A DNA stretch of 31,298 bases from Macrostomum lignano (taxonomy: Eukaryota), in assembly GCA_002269645.1 (NCBI GenBank), contig NIVC01002704.1, positions 1 to 31,298 of the forward strand. The letters are read 5' to 3'. The translations under genes and the position numbers were made by a program. Numbering within the stretch: position 1 is the first letter of the stretch; every line of letters starts with the position of its first letter. The notes under the pieces are model-generated. The model was not told the DNA's origin, did no database searches, and was given only the letters and a program-made list of their open reading frames with translations. Shown piece by piece: positions 11,116 to 22,300 of this stretch.

Positions 11116-11930
11116 TGTGACGTTGCTAGTTTAAGTGGTCCCGCAAAAGGGCCGTTGGACTATAGTTTCCCTTGCAATTTCTCATATTAATTTCTCCAAT
11201 AGTTTATTTTAACGTTTACTTATAGTAGCGTGCAAATAATCTGTATCAACTGCTATTTCACTGTGTATTTGGTAGGCCTTGCGCTCGTCTGTGAATTTTG
11301 GCACGATCGATAATTTCACGTTCTCTCGCCAGCCAATGAAAACTCTCCGTGTTTTACGCTACCCCCTTTTGCGCTCTTTATTAACCCTCGCCTGGCGGGC
11401 TGGGGGCTTCACTTGTGTTCTGTGTTCTCTCTCCTTAGGCTTGTCCTCCGTCCCGTCTGGCTTGCCTAGCCTTGTCTAGCCTTGTTTTCCTTCTCTGTCT
11501 GGCTGCCTCGAGCCTCCTTATCTCACGCCACGGCTGACGCCAACCTCGCCACTGCTCATCTGCCTGCCTACTGCGCCTCACTGCCTTCACTGTGCTCATT
11601 GCCATTGCTCCTCACGTTACGTCGCCATTGCATCATTCGTCTGCCACTTGACTTCACATTCAATTTATCTTCAAAAACCATTGTTGCAGCCGCCAGTGCC
11701 CAGAAAGCTATAGTTTGTGTATTGACAGTAATAACCAAGCCTAATATTGATACTACCAATAAAAACAACTACGGCAGTTCCTGCCTTTATCGCCAAGTGC
11801 TCCGCTACAAAATCCGCTTTACAAGAGTTGACTTCAACTTATTTTGAGACTACGACTCACTACAACTCTCGTCAAAACGGCCCTTTTAAGGGTCATAGCC
11901 ATAGTTAGCCGCTACGCCAATAACGTGACA
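11116..11930 (+). mobile_element. Solo LTR (815 bp), probably Gypsy
   Basis: TGTGACGTT...AACGTGACA termini, 4-bp TSD CGAC at 11112-11115 and 11931-11934, internal CCAAT (~11334) and AATAAA (~11758), no coding sequence. Confidence 0.72.
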
Positions 11931-12522
11931 CGACAGTGGTGGGGAGATTTCCAAGCGTTTTAAGAGTGCGACTATCATAGGTTTCAAGGCGCCGCTGACA
12001 CTTTTGCAGCGCTGACTGCTGCATTAATATCAGTCATTGAATTCATTGGAATGAGAAAAGCCTAAGAAATAACCTGTGGGCTACTTCTGACTAAAGTTTT
12101 GAAAGTACTGAATGTTAAATTTTCGGAACTATAAGACCTCGAAATTTTTATGTGTATAGTTCGAAAATAGAAATATGATCGGGCCGTTCTCAAAACTATG
12201 AGGCATATGAGGACAGTCCTACAGTCCTACTGTAATGATTTGGGTCTAAACTTGAAGCTAATTTAACTGGCGTCATTTTATCTACCATATGCATGAAATA
12301 TTTCCCAGTAGTTCTTCAACAGTGCCCTTAACTTTTCGGCCTCATTGCCACCCTAAAACAGGTGCTCAACTAAGCTAACTGACCCATTGTTCAGCAGTCT
12401 CAAGCCCTGATCTTCAGACTTGACGCTACAGACTGAATAAAAAATTATTCAAATTTGATCTGTTGGAAACCACATTCGATTTGAGCTATAGCCCTTGGAA
12501 GTGAACAGAAATTTCTTTAAGA

Positions 12523-12528
12523 GTGAGT

Positions 12529-12562
<34 letters not shown>

Positions 12563-12572
12563 AAGAGAGAGA
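12523..12572. repeat. (GA)n microsatellite
   Basis: Seen directly. Confidence 0.9.
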
Positions 12573-13091
12573 TCTGTTCCTGGCTTAATCCAATCCGGAA
12601 GATTCTGTAGATTGTTCTCATGGTTTTCTATCAACCGCAAACAGAGTTGCCAATTAAAATAAGCTGTAGACTCTTGGAATTTCTGGCGCCATAAAGTCCA
12701 ACAATTTGTAGCTAAAACTGCTTTAATGAGATTAATGCTGCTTAATGCAGCCACTATCCTCCGTAAATAATCGTCGCAAAGACAAATTATTCAACCCCTG
12801 TCTAAATCTAATTAGCACGTGTGCTCAGCTCCAGTCACTGAGAGATCAGCGCAACTACACCCGACCCCCGCAAGTCACCTGCCGCTGCTCCGCACTGCAG
12901 CCCTACTATCGGTCAGAGTGACCATGACAATATCTACAGGCTATGACATGCGCAGCAGATGCTCTGGCCTCTATAAGTTAGATGGATGAGCAGGAATCTA
13001 CCCTCACAGTCCCCAGCTCAAGCCGCAAGCAAGCACAGAGACCCTAGCGAGTCACCGCCCCCCGATTGAAGTAAACCAGCTCGTCAGCACC

Positions 13092-16000
13092 ATGGAGGCG
13101 ACATCAGCCGGACAGCAGTCGGACACCCTGTCGCGGCAGCTCCGCGAGAAGGCGCTGATCTCCTTCGCCCAGCAGACCACGGCTCACGGTATAGTGCGAC
13201 TCACGCAGGGCTCCAGCCTCCGCCGCCTCATCTGGGCTCTGGCCATCATGGGAGCCTGCATCGGGTTCTCTCTGCATCTGGCTGAGCTGGCGCAGAGGTA
13301 CCTGAGCTACCCGGTGAGCACCGAGTTCTCCAACGAGGGCGCCGACTTCCAGTTCCCGACCGTGACCATCTGCCCGACGGACAATTTCGTGGACTTTTGT
13401 CAACCTGTTCCGCTTTTCATTCCTATGAGTAAGGACATGAGACACTCTCCCATTTTGATAGTGCTTACGAGGGATGATGTTGCCGAAGCCTTTGCGCCAG
13501 AGTGCCCACAGCCCTCCTTTGAATATTATTGTACATGTATCTATTGACAGAGCTTCAAATCGAATAATACATCCTGATATGTTTTAGTATACGCTTGCCT
13601 TCTGTCTAAGGTACATTGGATAAAGATTCGTTAATGGAAGTTCAAAACCCATATTGCACTATGCGCAACGATGTCAAGCTGAGAGCAACTCAGGGAGGAT
13701 TGAAAATGATCATTGCGGTTCTGAAGGGAGCAGCAGTAGAAGCCACAGAGCATATGCGGTACACCGGGGCAACAAATCGCGTACAAGCCTCGTGATCACG
13801 CAAAAAATTGGTTTCTTTTGATGATGTACAATTAACATACAACTAGTAATTTTTGAAAACTTTTCAGACTACTTCAGATGCCTTCAGGACATGGTTCTTG
13901 ACAACAATCGAGTGTACAAACTTCTTGGCTCAGAAAATTGGAATGCCTCACTGAGGGTATTTCCTTACAACTACTATCACCACGGACGGCTTTCTCTTCG
14001 AGCCGTGGCCTACCGGGGAAATTTATTCCAGCAACCCTACGAGACGGTGCTGTACTGCCGGTACAACTCTCAGCCCTGCTCATTCGAGAACTTCACCACG
14101 TACAAGGACGAGGAAGGGTAAGTGCTCGTAGCAGTTTTAGATTGAAATGAGATTAAATGAGACATTTACATTTCCACAGGTTAATGTGCATCTCGTTCAC
14201 CCCCACGAACCGCACGATCGTTAACGCCGGACCTGGCAACGGTCTCTACCTGGTGCTTCATCACGTCACTGAAAACTACCTCACTGACGAGGAGCAAATC
14301 GACTATGTGCCCGGCTTCCAGGTTGCCCTGCATGAGAGTGGTGAGTCTTCAGTGCCTTCTTCGATGCCTTCAGTGACATATTCTCACAACGCTGACGGCA
14401 ATTCTACCCATTCTGCAGACTCCTGAGCACATCCAAGCGCGCCAATACTGTACTCAGGCACACACACACACGCACACACACACTGGGTGTAGCTCGTACA
14501 GCAGCCCTGACTTTCTAATAGTCAGGCATGTAAGCTTTCTATGCCCTGTAGGTAGGCCCTCATGGACGTGAATCGAACGAAAACTCTCCAACAAAACTTC
14601 GGTGCACAGGTCTCAAATGAATGTGGCCATGCACGGAATACGGAATCGAACCAAGGCTTATGCGAGAGAGTCAGACTGAGCTGAGCTGCTCTGCTCACTC
14701 TGGTTAGTCATGCAGCTGGTCTGTTGCTTTCAGACTGCTTGACACATCAGCTTTTTTAATCGTTTATTGCTTGCACAATGCCGTTGAAAGGAAAGCGACT
14801 ATCCAGGCTACTCGCAAATCTAAAACCTAAATCTAAACCTAAATCTAAACCTAAATCTAAAACCAAAACTGCAGGCTTCAAGCCAGACATGTCGCTAGGC
14901 TTCAAAGTTCCGTTTGGCCAGAAAACCACCGCTCGAGTGTACGCTGAGACCGTCACGAAGGTCAATCGCGACGCTACGCCCTGCAGCAAAAACCTGCCGA
15001 ACGTCACCTACACCATGAACTATTCGTACCCTGACAACTTTGAGAACCAGAGCTTCTTCGGCGACTATCAGGACTGCGTGATTCGAATTAAACAGGAAGA
15101 GTTCAGAGATACCTGTGGCTGTCTTGGCACACACCTGCCACTGCCAAGTGAACTCATGAACGACACGTTAGTGTGCCATCAGCTTCCGGATGAGGTGCGC
15201 TTGTAGTATTGATAGGTCGATAGTAATCTGTATAATTAGGGTATCGGGTGAGCATTCTGCGTTCGCTGACGTTGCGAATATGTGAAAAGAGAGGCTTGCT
15301 TCACATACTGAAAATTTTGTTGTGCAGTACAGTAAGTGGGTCGCCAGGCAGGGAATTGAAGTTAATTAAATTAACTTCCAATTGTAACAAAAACTTGAAT
15401 TTTCAGGTACTACATCAGAACATTTATGCTGTTACGTTCCGTCACGACGATGGCACCGTGGGGCACACGGACTACAGAATATCAAACTGGACGGAACCGG
15501 ACGATCGGTCGTTCGACTTTGATAAATTAATTATGTTGTCGGATTACCTGAAGGACAATTGGGATAGTTTGAACTTCAATCGCAGCAAGACATTTCTCCG
15601 ATGCTACGATCAAGTTCTAAACCGTCAGAAATCGCAAGGAGTTACTACAACAAATTGCAAAGTCCGCTGCACCAAAACGCGCTACAGGGACATCACGACC
15701 ACTTCCAGCTGGCCCAAGGATTTCCAGCTGGCTGCTAAAGTTGTCCAGCGCTACGCGAAGCAAACTCTGGATAGAATACAGAACACCAGCTGGGAGAAGC
15801 GACGGCTGCAACGGTTGTACAACAATACGAACTTTTCCCTTTTCGAGCATCCGAGCCTCAGCGTGCTGGACCTGCACCCGATGTCAACGAAGACCAGCGT
15901 CTTCACTGAGTCGTTTGCCTACCTGCTGCGGAATCTGTTCTCCGACCTGGGCGGCATTCTGGGTGAGTGCAACATTAGCTTCATTACTCAAAGGTTTGTT

Positions 16001-17002
16001 CTGTTGACCACATCAAAAGGATCTAAGAATATCATGCTTTTTGCGTTTATGTTTCTATGATCCTTTGTCGAGCTACGCTTTCTTAGCTTCTCCCAGTGTT
16101 CTGATTGTAGCAAATAAATATCCTGCACAGGGACAACTAAAACACTCGGGACGCGAAATGAGCCAAATCATGGTGAAAAAAGTTGGGGGCTCATTTAAGT
16201 TTATGGGTGCGCAGGTTTTTATGCATTAAATACGGTACATTACGATCACTGCTCAGCTGCTGAAAAGAAAGACTAAGGCCACACAGTTCTATTATTTTTG
16301 CTTCACAAGGTTCAGAAGGTTGTCTAAAAGGTTTTCTGAGATATAGTTTGATCTGCAGGTAAAGACGCTGCACTTTCTCGGCATTTTTCAAATTCGCACA
16401 AGAGTTGAGGGCTTGTTATTTGCCCTCACACTTTTTGAGACTTGAGAATTGCAGTTGGAGCGGCATAGAACGTACATTACTGCTTTCAAACGAGGCCTTA
16501 ACTTTTTTCACCATGTATGATTTGGCTCGTTTCGCGTCCACAGTGTTTTAGTTGTCCTTGATCCTACACAAAATCTAAACAAAATCAAAATGTTGCTCAT
16601 AGTAGTCAACAAATACCAACAATTTATTGATTAACGTGTGGAAAATATCGATTCAAAGGCCTGTGGGTTGGAGTGTCCATCGTCACCCTCGTTGAGATGC
16701 TGGAGCTCCTCATCGACATGGCCAAATTGGTCTCGCTCAGACTTCTCGTGAGCTCAAGAAGTAAAGCCAGAGTTCATCCGCACGACCCCGAAGAAAACTC
16801 GCAGCAGAACGCCGTCAGAAACATCTACAAGACCGGCGTGTTCACATACGGAGACCACCCGGAGTCCAAGTCGTTTGAGTTCGCGCCGCATTTCGCTCTG
16901 CCGCCGAAGCCGCCTGAAGCCTCATCGATGAAAGTCGACGAAGACTGTAAAAACTTGGTGAAGCACCGGCCCTCCTTGCTTCAAAAGCTTCTAAAATTTT
17001 AA
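13092..17002 (+). CDS. DEG/ENaC family ion channel, six exons, 655 aa
   Basis: Exons 13092-13428, 13868-14117, 14180-14340, 14875-15194, 15407-15962 and 16659-17002 all have GT-AG borders with consistent phases (1,2,1,0,1), summing to 1968 nt without internal stops. Motifs: pre-TM1 TTAHG, TM1, FPTVTIC, YCRYNSQPCSF...CISF, thumb cysteines (DC...CGC...C), SSWP, and TM2 SDLGGILGLWVGVSIVTLVEMLE with a GVS filter. Confidence 0.92.
14459..14483. repeat. (CA)n microsatellite in intron 3
   Basis: Seen directly. Confidence 0.85.
14816..14868. repeat. 12-bp tandem repeat (AAACCTAAATCT, about 4 copies) just upstream of the exon 4 acceptor
   Basis: Seen directly. Confidence 0.85.
16128..16560. mobile_element. 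hAT-type MITE in intron 5 of the channel gene
   Basis: ~55-60-bp TIRs (CAGGGACAACTAAAACAC... / ...GTGTTTTAGTTGTCCTTG) and an 8-bp TSD with one mismatch: ATCCTGCA (16120-16127) and ATCCTACA (16561-16568). Confidence 0.82.
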
Positions 17003-19194
17003 ATTTTCATCGATATTATACAGCCAGCAGTCGATGAACATTCCGGAACGATTTCTCCGTGTAACTCCGTGATTTTTAATAGGAAGGATGAGATCGTACA
17101 CGTAGATCGTACATAAGATCGTACAGATCGTAAAAGTCTTCTTAATTTTTGTCTATTTCCATATACTAGAAATGAAAATTTACTCTACATGTAATTATTT
17201 TGTTTATTAGAATTTTCATATTTATGTGATTGTGCGTAAAAAGTGTATTGGTTAATTTGAGCCTAAAAGATAAGCACCATGATCTATCTGCATTAAGGGC
17301 GTCGCCTGCATGGATTTTATGGTGGGAGACAAAGCCAATGGATTCTAAATGTACATGACTAAATTTCTACAATACTTTGAGAATCGGTGTACATGTACAT
17401 GTATGTCAATTGGATCAGCGAAGGTTACATGCACCGTGATAATTACATGCACGATATGGTGAGTGGTGGGACATTATAAAAAAATTAATGATAGCTCTCC
17501 TTCACGGATTAGAAATTGTGTAACTGCATAAGCGTCCTGAATCTAGAATTGTTTTACTGTTTAATTAAAAATTATGAATGCTGCAACGGTGTGTGATTTG
17601 CACGTTGGCTATTCAGACAGACTTTTCACTTTTTTATGCGCGCTTAATATTATTCTATAATTTATTCAAACCTTAACAAATTTTCTCTAAAGTAAAAATC
17701 CAATAAAAATTGATTTTGGTTGGATCATTCCTTTAGTTATCAAGCTCAAGTTTTGCTTGAGCAAATGAGCAAATGAGCAAAAAACTTTTTTTTTTAATAT
17801 TTAAACTACTGTACGTAAGAACATATATTCACGTATGCTGGATGCATAAAAGTGTATGCCACTTTTTGATCGATTTTTCGACTTTATAAACAAGATCTAA
17901 TAGGACGTAAAGCTTTAAAATTAAAAAAATAGACATGTATAATTACTCGTTCTTCTACGAATGTTCATGATTGATACAGTACATGAATTTCATGGTGTAA
18001 TAAAGAGTGCATATGTTTAGGCTACATGTACGTACGTAGCCTAGTAGCTAGCTGGTTGCACAATTCGCACGCGATGAGAAGAGTTAAACAATTTTATAAT
18101 TCCAAGAAAAATACCGTCCCGTGAAAGGTTGTCAATCGTAACGAATGAGTGAAAGTCTAAGTTGTTGAGCTATACACGAGCTACAAGCGTTTAGTCCATC
18201 TTCACAAATACAACAAATATCAACCTGCGTAATGAATTATTACTGTTAGCAATTCTAATTTAAAGACCGCAAGGCTAATGAAAATTCAATAAACTCAGTT
18301 TTTTACTGTGCTTTGATTTACTACTCTTGTCGGAACCTTTGTTTTATTTACTACGATAAAGAAAATTTTATTCAGTTTAAAACAGACATCCTTCGTTTCG
18401 TTTGCAATTTTAAGGTCGACGAATACGAATACGGTCGTACATACTGGAATAAATTTACTATGTCGAATGTAGTTTCTAAAAAATAATCCTGGTTGAACCC
18501 ACAAGTTTTTGGTGAATATGAATTGACTGGAAGTCCTACAAATCCAATTTGTTGAGACTTAAAGCACTCGATTTTTCTCTATCTTTTATTTCTGATTTGT
18601 GAAGCAAGAAAGATTTTTTTGAGCTTTTTTAGTTCAATATGTAGCTTTTTATAATTTTCTGTATTATATTGCAGTTACTAACGCTAGATTATAAAAAGTT
18701 TATTAGCGAGAAATAAAATTATGAATCCAATTGTTATGTTATTGTTTTTAAAGCAAAAATACTTCAATTGAAGATTTTGATGTTCATAAGTAAACTTTTT
18801 TTAATAAAGCACAATGACTGCTAATAACTTAGATATAGCTCAATTCGGATGTAAAAAGCGGTTATTATTTATCGTAAAAATAAAATTCTATCTCATATCA
18901 AAATCACAGCTGGCAAAGAAAAAATAAAAATCTACTAACACTTAAAATATTTAGCAATATATCATGGACTTTAAGGTTGTTTTAACGTACTTATTTTACA
19001 AGTTCTATGAGAGATTATAGTTTACATCATGCAGTCTTGACTAAAACAATTTTAACAACTTACGAGTAATATTTGTTTTAAACTTATAAGACGATAGTTT
19101 AAAAGTTACTACAACAATTTTGCTCAAATTTTCAGCAGAATAACTTTCTTTAAACACTGAAACTAATAAGTTACAGCAGCCATACAAAGCCTGA

Positions 19195-19393
19195 ATGGAA
19201 CGGCACAGACCAGTCAGAACGGTGTCGCAGCCAGGTGGAAGCAAGTTTATCACTCTCGGCAAACTGCTCAGGCCATGGAAATGGGGCAAATCGGGCGCTA
19301 AAGACAGCGGCAACTCGAGCGATTCAACGCAGAATTCTGATGGATCCAGTCAATCGTCCAGCCTGCGAGATGTCCGGGGAGAAAGAGGCACTG
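19195..19393 (+). CDS. PHACTR: Phactr first coding exon
   Basis: SKFITLGKLLRPWKW corresponds to the Phactr N-terminal motif SKFATLGRLFKPWKW. An in-frame TGA lies directly before the ATG; G|GTGAG donor at 19394. Confidence 0.75.
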
Positions 19394-22300
19394 GTGAGCT
19401 GCTCAATGCTTGTTAATATTGGTGCATAAGTCAAAAGATGCAAATGAATCGTGACATTTGCCAGCAGAATTTTTTGCCAGCCGACGTTGTACTAATCCTA
19501 GGTTCACATTTCACATGTATATTAAATAATGCATCTATGTCTAGCTCAACATACTGTGCGTGTACATTTTTAGAGACAGGGGCTGTGTGCACCCTGGTGC
19601 ACTTTAAGCGACATTGTAACACAACCGGCGAGAGGAATGGCTGCCCATTCCACCGACTCCCCTGAGCAGGCACACAAGCGCGCGGATACGCACGCAGTTA
19701 TACGCACAGGCACACACTCACACAGGAGTGTACAGCGGCCCTAACTTTATTTATCGTTGGGCATGTACACTTCACTGTGCCTTGGGGGTTGGCCCTCGAT
19801 CAATGGCGTCAATTGCCCGAGCAGAGCCAAGCCGAGATTCCAATCTAGTCCCGAATTAATGACTGCACTTGGAATCGAGTCTGGGCCGCTGGCACATCGG
19901 AGCGCCGCGCTATACCACTGGGCTACTCCCCCCCCCCACGTACATGCACATGTAATACATGCATACTTGGCTTCCGTTCAGAATATCCAAAAGGATATTT
20001 GCAGTGTGGTATATCTCATCAGAATGCTAAACTCAAATTTTAACATTTGTTTAGTACATCTCGTACTTGCAGAGAGTGAGGATTGAATGACATTGAGAAA
20101 CCTAGGTTTTTGATGAGGTTTTTATTTCATCATGTAGTATATATTGCAAGCGGATTTTCGTTCGACATTTTATTGTGTTTTCATGCTCAAGCTCAATTTA
20201 TACTTGTTTATTGAGCATCTGCAACTTGCAAGGTCTTTGGGTTACTATAGTCACTAAAACTTCACAAGCAGCATGGAACAATTGACCCAGCCCCAAAAAT
20301 GGAACACCTGTTTGGAGTTCTGTTGGTGAGATGATTTATCAACCATATTTAGTGTGTTGATGGAGTCAACGGAGAGTCTCGCGGACCGCACTGAGGTCGG
20401 AAAGGGCACCCTTAAGCCCGTGCAACATTCCGACCTTCGCCAACGTACCCAGCGTAGCTGGATGTCGCATTACGCCGACTGGAAACGACATCAACGAGTA
20501 GTTATTGAATACCTTTTTGTGTTAAAAGTCGCTGGGAAAGAAGCTAAAGGGGCTGAACCAAACTCTGGACGGTACGAGCGTACAGTAGTCTCAAATTCAA
20601 CCAGTAAAGTTTATCGAGCGTAGGCAGTCTTAAAACATTCAGTTTTGCAGCGCACTGCGGCACAGACGCGGTTGCATCTCCCTGCCCTGACGGCCCGTGT
20701 TTACAAAACCAGAATTATCATTTTAGCTCGTATACGTGAACCACAGTTTGTCAGAACTGTGTTTGAAAACCTTAAACATTTTCTAGCAGCTAATCGTGAA
20801 CGGAGATGGAAAAGCTTGCTTGCTAGCATATCTACACTGCCTTGTATTTTCGAAGGAATGGACTGCACAAACAAGTTTTGTAGTACGCTCGTTACAAGCA
20901 ATGAGGTGCAGACAGTGCAGTGTGCGGGCTCCAAAATCAGTATTAAAAAATTGCCGTCATGCTTCCATCATGAGGTTAGCAGGTAGCTCTAATTGCTGCC
21001 ACGCCTGTATAGAGTAGCGAAGGCGCACGAAAAAATGTAGTTAATTATAAATTGCAGGATACGGCCGGTACCGTAGTCAGCTGCTCATCGCAGGCTCAAT
21101 GGTGGAATCAACTAGAAAATACTCGTACCTCCGATTCAATTTTTTTAGACTGGATTAAGGCGTCCCTTTTTCTACCGTACATTCAAAGGTTGCTTCTTTG
21201 ACGGAATTTAAACTCTCTTTCTCTCTTACTGAAGTAGTTTCCGAGATCTACTTTCAGAGCGATTTCTACGAGCTGTCTCGAAGACATTACTTTTCCCTTT
21301 CCAGTGGCTTCTGCAGGAATTTTATTTGGAGGGACGCAAACCTAAGGGGCACCAATATTTGCTTTCTCTTGGTGGGGGGGGGCTTGTCTCCTAGTGGGCG
21401 CCCTTTGGTCTTTCTGGGTGTGGGCGCCCCTGTCTCTTGGTTGGGCGCCCCTGTCTCTTGTTGGGCGCCCTTGTCTCTTGGTTGGGCGCCCCTGTCTCTT
21501 GTTGGGCGCCCCTGTCTCTTGTTGGGCGCCCCTGTCTCTTGTTGGGCGCCCCTGTCTCTTGTTGGGCGCCCCTGTCTCTTGTTGGGCGCCCCTGTCTCTT
21601 GTTGGGCGCCCTTGTCTCTTGGTGAGCGCCCCTGTCTCTTGGTTGGGCGCCCCTGTCTCTTGTTGGGCGCCCCTGTCTCTTGTTGGGCGCCCCTGTCTCT
21701 TGTTGGGCGCCCCTGTCTCTTGTTGGGCGCCCCTGTCTCTTGTTGGGCGCCCTTGTCTCTTGGTGAGCGCCCCTGTCTCTTGGTTGGGCGCCCCTGTCTC
21801 TTGTTGGGCGCCCCTGTCTCTTGTTGGGCGCCCTTGTCTCTTGGTGGGTGCCCTTTGTCTTTCATGGTGTGGGCGCCCCAGTCTTTTAGTGGGCGCCCCT
21901 GTCTCTTGGTGAGCGCCCCTGTCTTTTGGTGAGCGCCCCTGTCTCTTGGTGGACGCCCCTGTCTCTTGGTGGGCGCCCCTGTCTCTTGGTGAGCGCCCCT
22001 GTCTCTTGTTGGGCGCCCCTGTCTCTTGGTGGGAGCCCTTTGTCTTTCTGGGTGTGGGCGCCCCTGTCTCTTGGTGAGCGCCCCTGTCTCTTGGTGAGCG
22101 CCCCTGTCTCTTGGTGGGAGCCCTTTGTCTTTCTGGGTGTGGGCGCCCCTGTCTCTTGGTGGGTGCCCCTGTCTCTTGGTGGGTGCCCCTGTCTCTTGGT
22201 GAGCGCCCCTGTCTCTTGGTGGGTGCCCCTGTCTCTTGGTGAGCGCCCCTATCTCTTGTTGGGCGCCCCTGTCTCTTGTTGGGCGCCCCTGTCTCTTGTT

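Noticed and set aside
17285-17540. Possible MITE with GGGCGTCGCC left end
   Set aside because: The right TIR is too degenerate and there is no TSD.
20354-21017. Several 70-113-aa ORFs in Phactr intron 1
   Set aside because: No recognisable motif or consistent splice structure; probably decayed TE interior.
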